The notes under the pieces were generated by a model that saw nothing but the letters and a program-made list of their open reading frames with translations, was not told where the DNA came from and ran no database searches. Shown here piece after piece: positions 12,701-26,743 of a DNA stretch of 64,000 bases. The position numbers and the translations under genes were made by a program. Location: positions 2,163,503 through 2,227,502 of the forward strand of contig CAJINV010000011.1 in NCBI GenBank assembly GCA_905178155.1. Reading direction: 5' to 3'. Source of the DNA: Amoebophrya sp. A120. Its lineage: Eukaryota; Protista; Dinoflagellata. Every line of letters starts with the position of its first letter. Within the stretch, counting starts at the first letter, position 1.

Positions 12701-15700
12701 GACGCATCCGGACAGCCACTTGCGACGCCGACGCCCATATCAAATGTAAAAAAAATGTCTGGGTCTGGAAGAGGAGAAGCTTGTCATGCACATTATCCAT
12801 GATCCATGATGTCTCTGATGTATGCAATAGCATCACAGATCTTTTGAGCGCCTATCGATGCGCGGCCTGCATGACAAATGCCCTCTCCGCGTAGCCAAAT
12901 TTGACTCCTCTTGCTGCTCATGCAATACAGATTTTTTTAGCATCCAAATGCAGCATCACAAATTTGGCTCTACCAGACCCAGACATTTTTGCAATGCATA
13001 ACCCAAGTCCGCGGCCATGCGCGCGACTTTCGCCAAGGCAGCTTCCGCGTCCGGAAATTTTGCGGCGGCCGCGCCGGGGACAAATGCTAATTTGATGAAC
13101 AAGAATAATTATCTCCACCCGAGCAGTAGTTCCACAGCAGTTCGGAGTACTTCTTCTTTCCTCGCACCGACTAGCAAAGAGGATCCGGAAGATGATGTTG
13201 AGATGGTAGACGCCACGACAAGCACCACTGGAATCATCGCAGCAGGAGTTGGAAGTGCCGCAAGTTCAAGTTCTATGGCGCAAAGGCACCAACTTCCGAA
13301 TAGCGCAATTCCACCGACGACACTGCAGATGAAAGCAACAAACTTATCGAACCAGCAGCAACCGCCGGGGACCATCTCGTCGTCGCAGCTGCCTCAGCTT
13401 CCCCCAGCTACGCGTGAACTGTCGTCGGGCACCAGTACGAGTTTGAAGCGGCCCACGCCGTCGGAAGTAGTAGATCTCAACTACGCCTCCAGCGCGATCG
13501 TCCCCTGCTCGGAAGAACAACCTGGGATGCAGTGGAGCAAGTCGGATCCCACGCACGACAAGTTGTTTGATCCGCGGAGCTTGATTGATCAATTCAAATT
13601 GAAGAACGCGCCGGTGGGCCTGCACAAAAATTCTAAACCGTTCTTGCAGAACAGCGAGACGGAGGACCAATCGGCCCGGGCGCGAAAGAAAGCGAAAGCG
13701 GCGGGCCTCAGCGCGAAGGACGTGAAGAAGCTCGAGGCGTCCCGCGCCAAAGCGGAGCTGTTTGGCAAGGCGACGCCGGGGCGGTCGACGAAGCTTGGCC
13801 ACATCCCGCCCATCGTGGAAGCGAACCAGGAATTGTCCAGTTCAGTGTCACCGCAAGCAACACGACCCGCGGGGGCTCTTGCGAAGGTTAGTGCTGCGCC
13901 GGTAAAGACGATGGTGGTCGTTCCTCCAGAGGTAGTTTCTGCACAGCCTGGCTTAGTTGTCGGCGGTGGAGGTTCCTCCTCGTCGTCATCAGCGAAACAA
14001 CCTGCATACAAAAACGAAAGCGCAGCAGTAGAACCGTCCAGGTCTGCGCCCCCGCCTGTACCGAAGAATAAACCGGACGAGAGACTGCTGCCTGAGGATG
14101 ACAACTTGCACTATGGTACGATTGATTCGCGTAAAAATTCGCCAGAGGTGGATAAAAACAGCGATAAGAGAAATGCAGCTACGACGACCGCGGCGGCCGA
14201 CACCATCGTGGCACCAGAAGTAGAGGCACATCAAGCGCATCGTGATCGTCGTGTAGGCGGAGGAAGGAATCAAGAAGTGGTAGTCCAACAAGAAGATGAT
14301 AATAAACCACTCACAACGAGGACCACTCCGGTCCTCGCCCTCGCGAAGTACTACGAGCCCGACCGGGACTACATCGCGAACCCGCGGTGGTACAGCCCCA
14401 CGGATCCGGTGGATGTCGCAATCGGCAAGATCCCACCCGGGAAAATCATGAGCTGGCGGTGCGAACAGTACGGGTACCCGATTCACTACCACATCTACCG
14501 CGATAAGATCGACGGCTCCTTGCGGGACTTCCACACCGGTCGGAAAGTCCACTTCATCGACAGTACCTCCGGGGAAAGGGTCCCGCTGAAAGACGCGCTC
14601 ATGAGGCCAACAGAGGACTTTGTTCGGAAGTACCTGGAGGGCCGCGGGGGAGATGAAGTTGCCGGCGTGCTGGAAAACGGAGCGGAAAGTTCTGGTAAGC
14701 GAGGCGTTGGTGACCACGAAGAAGACAATTTGTACCAGCGAAGTAGCAACACCCGGCAGAACATCGCGAAGGCGGCGAGCACGCGGCTGTTTTCGAACGA
14801 GACTACTGGAGGTTCTTTTGCTGTGCAGCACTTGTCGTTCAACAACGTAGAACCAGCACCAGCAGGGGAACATCAAGCTTCTGCTTTCGCAAAGTCCCCG
14901 CCACCGAAGAGGCCATTTCTTGCAGCTGCTAATATCGGCGGCAACGGATCCTCGACCATCTCTCAGGCTGGCCTGCCCATCCCGTCGGGCGCCGCGGGCC
15001 TGCCGGTCCCCGGGGGATCCTCGTGTTCCTTCCGGAACGGGTTGCCGGACACGAGTGGCTCCAGTCCCGATTTGCCGAGGGAGCCCAGTCACGGAACGAC
15101 CGTGGTGCATCTGCCGGCCGCGACCTCGAGTAGTCTCGTGCGGCCAGCGGGGATCGACATGACGCAGTCGTCTCCGCCCGAGAGGATGGTGGAGCCGGGC
15201 GGTGGGGCGAGTATGAGTAGCAACGGGGACTGTTTCCGAATTTTGCGGAAGCAGCCGGGCTTTAGCGGGGATCATGCGACGAGTCCTTCTCTAGCTGTGT
15301 TTAGTACTAACAATAAGTACGCAAGTGTTGAGACGAGTGGTGCGGTGAATGGTCCTCTTCCAATCGCAGGAGCTGCGACGGAGTCTAATGATACTAGCGG
15401 CAACCTCCACGCAGCGTCCTCGTCGAGTCTGGGTCGGCAACCTCCATCGGGAGGTGCGGAGCAAAGCAGAAGGGTTCCTCCGAGCGATTCGCTGGGCATC
15501 CTTTCGCGGCCAGGAGCGGCACTGCTTGGTGGAACCACGGCAAATTCCACCTCTGCTCTCGTGCCCATTGGAAGTACTATGAGAGAAGGAGATCCTAGCG
15601 CAGCGGTGGCTGGTGATGATCCACCAGGACCCGGGGCAGACCAAGGCAGTGCCGGCGCAGACCAGATAGTAGCGGCAGAACCGTTATCAGGGTCGATTGG

Positions 15701-18167
15701 CAGTCGAGAAATAAAGCAGCCGTCAGGAGGTGACGTGGAAATGAATCTTCGTGCAGCTTCTAGCAGTTCAACATCTGTGAACAATAATTTTTACACCGGA
15801 CTGCCCTCGCTGTCGCTTCCCAATGCTAATGGAAGTGGTGCAGGTGCGAGAGTTCTTCCCGGGCAGCTGCTGGCACCGCTAAGTGGCGGGTCGGTAGCCT
15901 CGTCCTCCTCCAAGCCGCCCCTCGCCCCGCCAAACACAGCCGATCGAATGCCCTCCTCCGCTCTGGACGAAGTGTTGCACGAGCGGCCGCGGCGGATGTC
16001 CTCACTGCAACCAGTGGTCGCCGGCAACAACACGTCCGGCGCCTCCAGCAGCAGTGCGCCACTGGTAGCCGCGCGGTCGGCCTCCTACTCGCCCACGAGC
16101 CGGCGGAACCGGACGGACGCGGACACGAACAAGGAGGGCACCGCCTTTGACGCCCACGCGTTCCAACGAGGCTCCTCCCCGCCGCGACGGGCGCACGGCG
16201 AGCAGAACCAGGACGACGGGGTGCCCAATCAGCAGCCCACGACGGTCAACGAAAGCACGGACTTACCGCGTTCCGCGCACCTGCAGCGGACCAACATCGA
16301 CCCCAACGACCCGAAGTATAAGGAAGCGTTCTTCGCCGGCGCTGTGTCAACCGGGGGCTGGGTGCCCGTCATCTACGAGGGCGCAGCGGCAAAGCTGCAG
16401 GGGGTACGGATTTGTATGTTCATTTCAACATTGTTATTTTAACCGACTGCTTAAGCGACCAATTTGAATTTCAATTTGGTGGAGTGAGATGAAGTTGTGT
16501 CCTGTTTTGCTACCATAAATAAGGAGGCTGCAGTATCTATTCTTTCTTCATCTTCCGCAAAAATCAACCTTCAAACTAACTGCAGGCTCCCGAGCAGAAG
16601 CAGATCCAGGGCCCCATCGTCGTTCGTCGACCTGGGTCTCGTGCCCTTCCGACCGAAGAGGAGGCAGGAGAGGGAGCGCAGAACAAACTGTTACCAAGCA
16701 GTGGGATTATCAAGACGGAAACAGCTACCTCCTCAACCGCGAATAACAGGGACAACAAGCGCGTGCGATTTTCCGAAATCTCCGACATTCGCGAGTTGGA
16801 CAGCCACGAACTTCCAGACTTTTCCATCGAGGGCGAGCCCCTGGTACTTGTGCACAATAACAGCAACGGTTGTCGTGACACCAACTTTTCGAACCTTTCC
16901 GCGATCCCGCACCGGCGGTCTTCGGCCGCTCCGGATCAACATGCAAATCCAACAGCGTACGGAAACTGCAACCCGGTACCTGGCCTACCGGTCGGGACGT
17001 ACTGGAAACAGAAGGAGGGTTATCGTAAGGAAAAATCCCCCCTCCCCATATCAAAAGGAAGTTTCTGATGCTGGATTTGCGTACACAAATCAGATCTGTC
17101 TTGCAGAAAGTGCTTGGCGGCCGCATTTTCTAAGCCTGTTTGGATATGCAGAAGGCTAGCAATTAGGCATGACAAACAGGTTTGCAGTAGTCAAAAGCGC
17201 ATGACAGACTGTCTGCGGAATGCGCCACATTGCTCCCATTACCGTATAGGCAAGACAGAGGGTATTTGTGGCCACAAATCAGCATCACAAATTTCCTTTT
17301 CGATATGGGGAGGTGGGATTTTTACTTTTGATAAGGGCAGAGACACCATCCACCGGTTTGTCGGGTCCAACGTCGGCGCGTCGGAGGACATCAACGGAAC
17401 GTACCCGGATAACGGGGACGTCTACCGGGACCGGATTTTCAACCCGAATTATCTCCCCCTGCCCTTCCGCGCGAGCTCGAAGAACGCGAGCACAAACTTC
17501 GCGCTAGTATCCGCCGGGCGGAAGATCAAGATACCCCGCGGCGCGGTGCGCGACCGGCTCTCCACGCAGATCCGACACGACCACCGGGAGAAGGTGCTGA
17601 AGAGCCGCCGAAATCGGCTGGACTCGGGCAGCGACAGCGAGCCTGCACAACAAGAACATCCGATGGACAGCAACAACCGGCGGCCGCGCATGAGTGACGT
17701 GCCCTGGATCCGCACGCCCCCGCATGATAAGGCCTACACCTGGGAGGAGGGCGACTGGCTCCAGACGCCGGAGGGAAAGAAGCCACCGGAAAAACCGGCT
17801 GACCAGGCGAAGTGGCTCGACAAACCGCCCAGGGCGGCGAGAAGGTACTTATGCTATGCAATTAATTGAATCGTCTTCGTCTTTTGTCGGCATCCATGAG
17901 GGTATGATTTCGATTTGCAACTTCATCGAGAGGAGATTCTGGTCGATTTACTTTCGTTTGCACTGTGTACTAAAATCCTTCCTGCGCGTACCACAGGCAC
18001 CTCGCGGAGGCAGACGAGCTCGATTTTGAGTACGAGTACTTCGTCACACTAGCGTACACGAAGCCGGGCGATCCACAGCCCGTGCCGCACGCGTCGGTTC
18101 TGGCGGATAGCTTCCAGAGCTGTATCGACGTGTCGTCGTCCCATGTGCACCATCAGCAGTCTTTTGC

Positions 18168-18198
<31 letters not shown>

Positions 18199-21100
18199 GC
18201 GCAAAACCAATCGGAGCGGCCGCCCCCGTTCGAAATGAATAACCAGCAGATTGTTCCCACGCCGCCAAGTATGGCGCCCTCGGACCCGAGAAACAACGCG
18301 ATGATTATGTCAGCGTACATATCCTGAGTAAAAACGTACCCACACCAGAGTCAGGATGGGGATTTTGCAACACAAACCTAGGAGTTTTTAGAGTCACGCA
18401 TGACAAATTTCAGTTCGTACTGTAGTGCAGATTAGCGTGGACAGCCGCATTACAAATCCATCTGCTTATCCTGTTTACAGCATTGCAAATTTTGGAACAC
18501 GATGGGAAATGCCTACCATGTGTATGCGCATCACAAATGTTCCTGTCATTGGAAATCAGCATTGCAACTCTGGGGTGGGGACGTTTTTACACAGGATAGT
18601 ACAGCGACCGGTCCGCCTCCGCTGCGGTCCTCAGCGGTAAGATCAGTCCGGTACGGAGTCTGGCGGACCGGGAGCGCGACGAAGCCGAGAAGGAGCAAAA
18701 TAACAGTCAACATCAAAACGCGAGTCAGGACCAGCAACAGCAAGATGAAAATCAGCAGTCCTCTAGAGGTACAGATCTCCACGACCAAAGCAGCAACATG
18801 CAGCAACGGAGTAGGAACGAGGACGAAAGCGCGGCTTTTCATTCGATCGTGGAAGACCGTTCTTCGTTCCTCCGGATCAGCGAGGGGGAGCACAGGCCGA
18901 AAATTTCTCCGCCGACCTTTGGCATCGCAGGCGTGACCGCCGCGGAACTCCGGGCAAAGGAAGTGTCCTTTGGTGGGGACCATCAGGGGGCCTTCGACCC
19001 GCACCCGGGGAACAATTTGAATGGGGTATTGGTTTAGTTTCTAAGTTGTACTTATCTCCTACGATGTGTTTCAGTAGATTCGAAGAATGGTCAATATTAC
19101 GAGTAGACGCACGAGGAAGAAATAGTGGCTGCATTTGTTCAGTAAGTCGCTGAAATAATAAATCTATCCCTGGAATCCCGTTTTTATTGTGTAATGGATT
19201 CTGTGTCGAATTCGTCATCTATCATGATGCTACTTCAAATCTTCAACAAATACAAAACAGCACACGCCACAGTTTGGCGCGCAGCATCCGACGCCGCAAT
19301 TTGGCGGTCTGGTTCCCCGCGGTGGCCTGTTTGACCGCGAACACGAGCATTCGCCCGGCCCCAGCTTCGTACCGTCCCCGCGTGGGGGCCGGCTGCCCCA
19401 CGTGACCTCGCCCGTGTTCGTGCCCAGTCCAAAGGGAGCGGACGGGGCGCGGGGACGGGACGCGGAAAATCGGGTAAGAAAGTTTTTTTACTTGTAGCGT
19501 GCTTATTGGGTTTAGGTTTTCTTGTTGTTACGTGATAAAGTGTAACAAGGTGAAACAACCTTCGCAATGTCAAAAAATCGCAAAAATATCTATCATGCCC
19601 TACAGGTTTTCACTCCTGAAGATCCGCGTGGTAGTTTCCCAGCACATCAGGCGCTGGATCCGGAAGCGCAGCGACGCCTTGACGCGATCCAGGATATTCT
19701 AGTGTCCAAGGGGCACGACGCAGAAGCCGCGCTGCCGCTGGCCAAGGAGCTGTTATCCGTGCTGAGATCGGAGGAAGAGGTCACGATTGAGAACCTGCAG
19801 GAAGCGGAGAGACGACTGCAGGAAGCGGCAGAGTACGATTCAAATAGATACAACTTTACAATGAGCTTACTGTTTGTGTAATGGATACTGTCTTCCTCTT
19901 CCGAGTTGTATGCCGAACAAAAAGAAAAATATGATCCAAAAAAAAAAGAAAGTCTATGAAGCACCAACATCCCGGTTGTACCACCTACAGCATTTTCACA
20001 GGCTTCGCAAGATCGCGGATTTTGCCTATCCGGTGATGACTTTGTCTGAGGAGCGAGACTTCCAAAAGCGCACGGAATCCAGGATTCGGGCCGCTGACTT
20101 GAATTACATGACCGAGGATCAGGTCGACATGCTGTTGTGGCAAATGTGCGTGCAGGAGGAAGTGCGCCGGTTGGACCGCCTCGGCGCGCAGCCCGGCGGG
20201 CCGGAGGGCGTGGCCGCAATGGCGGAGTACAATTAGATACACGCTGGCTAAAAGTTTTTCTTGATTTCGATATTTCTAAGATTTCACATCTGTTGCTTTC
20301 TCAGCGGCCAGTTTTGTCATACTTATGCAGGTGCTGCTTCTTGCTACATGAATTCCATGGCAAAATAAATGATTTTCAAACCACCAAACTCTGACGTGAC
20401 TCTCACAGCGCCCTGGACGAAATGATCTCCATGTCGTTCGACCACTTCCAGGAGGAGGACGGTGATAGTAATTCGTTGCAGCTCGGAAAGCAAAGGCCGG
20501 CGAAGACCCGCGAGCAGATGCTGAAAGAGGCCCAGAGTCTGCAGCAGTCCGCTGTTAACATCGAGAGGGAGACCGAGTTTTGGCGCAAGGGCAAGGCAGA
20601 CACGTCGAAGCACCGACTGCCGCCGTCGATTCTGGAGGACATGCGGAGGGTGGTGGCGGAAAACCTGGACACGCGGAATGTGGTATGCTATTTAAAAGCG
20701 TTCCCACCCCATAGTTGTCATGCAGATTTGCATCGACAGAAAAATCTGTAATGCACATCCGCAAGAGAGGAATTTGTAGTCGCGTTTTGGGATTTGTAAT
20801 GCTGTAAACAGGATGAGCAGGCGTCTTTGTGATGCGGCTGTCCTTACTAAACAGCACTACACTACAGATGGAAACTTGGCATGCAGAACTCCCAAAACTT
20901 GGAGATTTGTGTTGCAGATTTACCAACTTGACTACGGGGTGGGGATGTTTTTCCTCAGGATATGTGGACATGGAGGCGCTGGTCGGGGCGGAGTCCGCGG
21001 AGGGGGAATTTTCCCTGCACCTGCTCGAGCAGTTTTGCCTCGACCACCAGCAGCTCACTGCGGAGATGGACCACGCGCAAAAGGTGCGGGAGGAGGGAAT

Positions 21101-21245
21101 CCGCCGGTGGGAGGAGACGTTCGACTCGAAAAAGAGGTGGAACGCAAGAAGAAGCATCCTCGGAAGCCCGGGACCGGGGGGAGCTGCTGGGTCGGGTGGT
21201 CAGCAAGGGTCCTCGCCGCCCGGGGCGGGGAGTGCGGGGTCGTAG
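9768..21245 (+). CDS. Very large low-complexity (Ser/Ala/Pro/Gly-rich) hypothetical protein, multi-exon; 4 introners and several GT-AG introns
   Basis: ORFs at 9768, 10484, 13017, 16763, 17114, 18082, 18798, 19567, 19874, 20422 and 20829 can be chained on the + strand; introner junctions are in frame. Start codon and single-gene status are uncertain; no recognisable domain. Confidence 0.55.
12738..13000. mobile_element. Introner, TIR family A
   Basis: DR GCCCA/ACCCA; removal fuses the 772-aa and 1141-aa ORFs (TPTP-KSAAMRATF). Confidence 0.92.
17021..17333. mobile_element. Introner, TIR family C
   Basis: TATCGTAAGGAAAAATCCCCCCTCCCCATATC ... GATATGGGGAGGTGGGATTTTTACTTTTGATA; DR AGGGT/AGGGC; removal gives WKQKEG-RDTIHRF. 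Confidence 0.92.
18320..18598. mobile_element. Introner, TIR family B
   Basis: DR GTACA; removal gives MSAY-SDRSAS. Confidence 0.93.
20684..20962. mobile_element. Introner, TIR family B (opposite orientation to 6051, 18320, 24211)
   Basis: DR TGTGG; removal gives TRNV-DMEAL; interior is the reverse complement of those B copies. Confidence 0.9.
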
Positions 21246-23167
21246 ATGTATGAACAAGCGCGATTCAACATCTTCCCGCGGGTACTATCCTGTGTCTGAG
21301 ATTTGTAAGCAGTGTGGGTGGTGCTTTACTCTTGTCAATAGAGGGCCGGCTCTTCGAGGTACTATAGAGGTCACGAGAACTACGTGCTCCAAAGCTGGAT
21401 TTCAGGAGATTCGGAAACAAACAGCAGACTAGCAAAAAATGTAAAGCGAAAGAGTTCACGACTTACTGAACGGTTTGCAAGACGAGCCGTGGTTTGCGAG
21501 AAAGAACGAAATAAACAAGCAAAAATCAGCAGTAGAATACTAGAGTTTTTACCCTTACATCGTATGAAAATCAAGTAGGAGTCTGTCTCAGAGGGAAACA
21601 AAGATTTTCCGTCGCGAGCGGACCTACTGCGAATCGCAATTATCAAGTTAAACAGTTCATTACATCATAGGAGCGAGCAACTGGCTCGGCCGAAACCGAA
21701 GTATTATAATCAAGTTCTTCTTGCGCGAAAATTTTATAAACAGACTCGTTACAAGATGCATATCGAAAAGAAACCCACTGGAGGGATCCAAGCACAAACG
21801 TCGTGGCATTACCCGTAAAAATGGACTTAGTAGAATTTTATCGAGCGAAACCGCATCAGCAGTTGTTATCAAGTTACTATAGCAGACCCGTAATATTGAA
21901 AAGAGTTGAGTTTTTACCTTTGTAGCCAATCAGAGTAGACTCGTCGTAATTGGTGAGTACTAGACCTGTTGTAATGTCATTATCGCAACAAAACGAAGCA
22001 GGAGAAGCTGCTGGACGATGATTTCCCGTTCTTGACGTTTTCAGTTTTCTTTGCGTAGTGAAGCTACTACGTAAGCGAGGCGAATGGAAGGAAGTAAGCA
22101 GAAGAAAGAGATTTAGAAGAAGAAGGGATGATGTTCCTGAGCGCACTACTAGTGGCGCTTTGAAAATAAACATGAAGTAAAGACAGCAAGTGTTCGATGG
22201 CGGGTGCGTCGATGTGAAAAGAACTTTCCGCTGCTACAACTACTAGAGATCCGCGTTTTCGATTTCGATCGAGCCTTTTTAGGATCAGACTTTTGCGACA
22301 TGCGTTTAAGTATGATGCGGAAGATTCTGCGTGCGTGCGGCGGAAGCGGATCCCTGTTGCAATGCATTTCTTCTGCGGTTTTTTTTTTGCCACATTTTGA
22401 TTTTTCCGCGTTGGATTCTTGCGGCCCTCTCTTTCCATTCAAGGCCAATAATTTTTGTAAAGAAGTTTGAAGAAAAATTAAGATTGGGAATATCTAGGTC
22501 GAACTTTTAATGAATAGTTTTCGAATCGTTTCAAAACCAAAAGAAATCTTGTGGAAACTAAATTGCGTAGCTGATTTGCAACTAAGTTCTATGTTTTTGC
22601 TTTTTTGGAAAAATTAAGCTTCAACTACAATTTCAACGCTTTATAACAATCTTTACCCCGCCTGCACTGGACATCTTTCACGGTCTCGTAACGTGAAATT
22701 GAGGTCCAATTTAATAAATCTACGTTGTTCAACAGCATCTTTGCAAAAACCACACAAATGGTTCGTTTCTCACTAACTCTTTGCGCGGCGGCGGGTGCTG
22801 CTGTGTTGATTTCTCGAAGCACCATTATCGCCAGTGCAAAAGACATCTCCGACCCGGCAATCAAATGGGAAGGCAGGACAGCCAGCGCCGCCCGGGCGGC
22901 CCGAAGATGGGAGCAGGCATTCAGTACATTTTTGAAGGATGTAGTATTTGAAGCAGAGCCCTTGCATGTATGTCAATTGTGTGAAGCAACTATATCTATA
23001 ACCAGTCTTGCAATTCGAAAAACAAAAACAAAAATTGACTTGCAGCTCCCCCCGGACCCGCGAAAAAATCCCCCGGGGTCGCCGCACCCGCGGGAAAGAG
23101 ATCCAATTCAGCAGCGCGAGATCAAGCGCGGCCGGGGAGCAAAATCTCAGCAGCATCACCGTCTGAT

Positions 23168-26100
23168 ATGGAGGTGGACGCAGCAGGAGTACCCGCAATG
23201 GAGGTAGGGAGGAATATCACCAAAGGTAGCAAGAAATCCGTGGCTGGTGCAGCATCATCTGCGGCATCAGGGCCAGGCAGAACAAGTAAGGCAAAAGGTA
23301 AGGCTGTGTCAGCACCAGCAGCCGCGTCGCAGACCGCTGTAGCTCCTGTCTCTTCTTCACCTGTTGAGCCAGCTCTCGGCGGCATTCTGCATAACCTCCC
23401 GAACGTGAAGCAAAAACGGTACATCCGGCTGTGCTACCTGGACACCGAGAACACCGGCTTCGACGCCTACAAGAGGACGGCCTACAAGGGAGAACCTGGA
23501 ACGCACAAACTGGCCCACGCGGTGGCCCCGGACTTCCTGCTAGAAATCGCGGTCCGGGTCGTAGAGGTGGACACGAAAACCGGAAAAGTCGTGCCGATTC
23601 AGCTCAGTAAAGCGGAAAAGGAGCTGTTCGCCCTGCACAAGGAAGCGGTCGGCCCGCAGTTCTATCAAATGCAAAAATGTCTGGGTCTGGAAACTTGTGA
23701 TGCAAGTCCGTGAACAATAAGTGCTCTGTAATGCGCCGCCAAGCATGACAAGTGTTTTCGTGCTTCTGTGATGCGTATCTCGCATGAGAAACTGCGTTTT
23801 TGCATGACAGGCAAGCGGACCTCTTGGTGGCCGCGCAATACAGAGCGCAGAGTCATGCCAGAGTAGCATGACAATCTTCCAGGCCCAGACATTTTTGCAT
23901 TTGATAAGTTCACAAAAGCAACAAAACTACCCGCTGAAGTTTTGCAGACGATTTCCGAGCAGCAAGGCGGTTCTTCGTGCGGTCCATCTGGACAGAGCAA
24001 CAGTTTGACGAGAACAAATAAGGCGTCCAAAGTGGCTGGTAAGAATAAATGTAGTTCAACTACAGCGTCGTCAAACGTTCCGCATAACGACGATTACTCG
24101 AAAGCGTTCCACGCATGGTTGATGCAGCAGACCTATCACTCGTCTCCAGAAGGAGACAGCAAGAAAGCCGCTGGAAGTGGAGCAGATGATGATGACAAGC
24201 GAGGAAGATCTATCCTAATGAAAAACGTCCCCACCCCAGAGTCAAGATGGGGATTTTGCGAACACAAACCTTGAAGCTTTGGGAGCCACGCATGACAAAT
24301 TGCTAGCTGTATTGTAGTGCAGTTTAGAAAGGAAAGTCGCATTACAAATCCATCTGCTTATCCTGTTTACAGCATTACAAGTTCCAAAACACGATCGGAA
24401 ATGCCTATCATAGGGATGCGCACTACAAATGCTCTTGCGCTTGCAGATCTGCGTGACAACTCTGGGATGGGGATGCTTTTACACAGGATAAGATCAACAG
24501 CCTCGTCTTTCCTTGCTGGAATTACAACAGCCTCGAAAACAAGTAGTAGATCTTCTTCCCTCACCCGAGCAACGGGCACTTCTCCTTTGCCGGCTCCGAA
24601 GGTCGTTGTAAACCTCCCAAATGACAGCGAGCTGTTTTCCTACCTGTCTCTCGAGGAGCCCAATCCCCAGCGCTTCACGGAGAAGTTTGGCGGGTGGGAA
24701 CATTACGAGGTGGAGTCGAACGCCGCTTACGCGGTGAATCTGATCGGCTACGAGGACGACCCGGAGCGGAAAGTAAAAGACCGGGTGGGGATCCGCGGCG
24801 TGAAGGGGAAAAAGATCGATTGGGCGTACGTCGGGAAGCTGATTGAAATCTCTGATTTTATCGTCGCTCACATATCAAATGCGAAAATGTCTGGGTCTGG
24901 AAGAAAATGGATACTTGTCATGCAGTTTTTGCATTTGCGAGAAGGTGTGGAATGCTCACAGAGCATGAGAAATTCTGCGAAGGCTTTTCCATGCCTAGTC
25001 TGCATGAGAAATGCCCTCTCCATAATGCACGAATCGGCGATCTTTTGCTCACTAAGCGACACAGATTTTTGCCTACTGCAGAATCTTCCGCATCACAAGT
25101 TGGCATCCCTCCAGACCCAGACATATTTGCAATGCATATCACAACGCCGACTACGACTTCCGATTCGTTGCGCGCGACTTCCCGCCGTCGGCCTTCAAAC
25201 CCTGGCTGTGTTCGCAGAAGGACATCGTGTGGGAGAATTTCGTGCCGGCGGAAAAGAAGCCGCTGTTGATCAATTTAAAAGCGGAAACTTTGTCCGCTGT
25301 CTTTGACATCGCGGCCGGGCAGCACGTATGGATTGCAAAAATGTCTGGGTCTGGAAGATTGCAACTTGTCACGCTAAATCCGAATCATGCAGAAATCTGT
25401 GTTGCATGAGTTCCAAAAGCTGTCCACTTTCGACCAAGTTTGGAGGGAGTTTCTCATGCTGCAGGATAGGCATGGTAGAGGACTCACAGACTCTGTCATG
25501 CTAGGTCCCGCATTCCAGACCTGATGGGTCATGGATAACCTGCATGACAAGCTTACACTCTTCCAGACCCAGACATATTTGCACTTGATAGCACGACGCG
25601 CTGTCCGACATTACCGCGTGCATCCAGGTGTTGGAGAATATGGAAGCGTCAGGATCGAAATTGACAAAATCGAAAAATTTGTGATGCACAAAATCGATGT
25701 CAGTTGGAGACTCACTTTCCAAGTGCCGCATGACAAATTTCGGGAGTACCCAAATCCAGTCCGTGATGCTGTTTGGACAAAGAAGACTCCTCCTGTAATG
25801 CCACTCTGGCAGCACATTGTATACCCCTAAACAGGCTTACAATCGGCCTCATTTGCTTGCTCCCCAATACAGGCCTTCAGTGCCCTACATTTTATGCATC
25901 ACAAATTTTTAGATTTTGTCGATTTCGATCCTGACTCATCCATAGAGAAGGCGCGAGCGTTTCAGCCCCTGATCGCCACCGGGATCAACCGGATTGAAAA
26001 GCAGTGGTTCTACGAGATTGGCACCACGGAGACGGAAGAACACCCCGCGACGCGGCAGATGATGACCTGGCGGGGGAAGTTTAAGGAGGAGGAAGCCTGG

Positions 26101-26743
26101 CTCGGGAAAAACAAGGACTACGGGCCCAGACCCTTTAAAGCAGTATAGCACTTATTGATTGTTCATCGTGGTCTCTCAGAAAGGTCGAAGCATGGTGCAG
26201 TGCCGTCGACTGTGGATTTGATATATATAGGAAAAATCAGATTTGCGTGAAGATATTCATCACGGATAGTTGCGCTTAGTTATTTTAATATCAAAGCCCC
26301 CCTCCGAAAAACGACAGGTCTTCATGCACGCGCCCGGCCCCAAACCGTGGGAGAAGGAAAAGCAGGACTGGCTGAGTGATGCGCAAAAGCATGAGTGGTT
26401 GGACAACGCGGCGGGTATCGTCAGCAAGATCGGGTTCCAAACCCGCAAGTATACCGATCCAGAGGGGGTGAAAAAGCCTTTTCTTCTCGTCACAAAATAC
26501 CTCTCGAAAGAGACCGCGGAAACAACGATGCAGCAGTTTTACTACGAATTTTACGCCAAACCCTTCTTCAAGCTTTCGGGGCGGCCGGGCCTGGGCCATT
26601 TCTACTTCGAGCCGTATTTTCCGGTGCTGAATCGACGATTGAAGGCTGGGTGCGAAGTGTTTGCGGGAGCAGGGGATTTGGCCCGCTTTGCGCAGGGCGG
26701 AGATGGTGCGGAGGCGGAGGTTGCGGCCACGATGCAGAAATAA
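23168..26743 (+). CDS. DEDDh (DnaQ/epsilon-like) 3'-5' exonuclease; 5 introners plus 1 GT-AG intron (about 26143-26317)
   Basis: ExoI YLDTENTG; after element removal ExoII IVAH-NADYDFRFV, then KPWLCS..I.W, and ExoIII QH-DALSD are reconstituted. Confidence 0.85.
23663..23906. mobile_element. Introner, TIR family A
   Basis: DR AGTTC; removal gives GPQF-TKATK. Confidence 0.93.
24211..24490. mobile_element. Introner, TIR family B
   Basis: DR AGATC; removal gives KRGRS-TASSF. Confidence 0.92.
24873..25138. mobile_element. Introner, TIR family A, inside exonuclease motif II
   Basis: DR TCACA; removal gives VAH-NADYD. Confidence 0.95.
25327..25590. mobile_element. Introner, TIR family A, inside exonuclease motif III
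   Basis: DR GCACG; removal gives GQH-DALSD. Confidence 0.95.
25639..25944. mobile_element. Introner, TIR family D
   Basis: TATGGAAGCGTCAGGATCGAAAT ... ATTTCGATCCTGACTCATCCATA; DR GAGAA; removal gives QVLE-KARAF. Confidence 0.93.

Noticed and set aside
13344-16196. Long minus-strand ORFs (e.g. 13989-15275; likewise 41589-42596)
   Set aside because: Antisense shadows of GC-rich low-complexity + strand exons.
18168-18197. CAG microsatellite (also the CAT tract near 29340)
   Set aside because: Ordinary poly-Gln and poly-His coding tracts.
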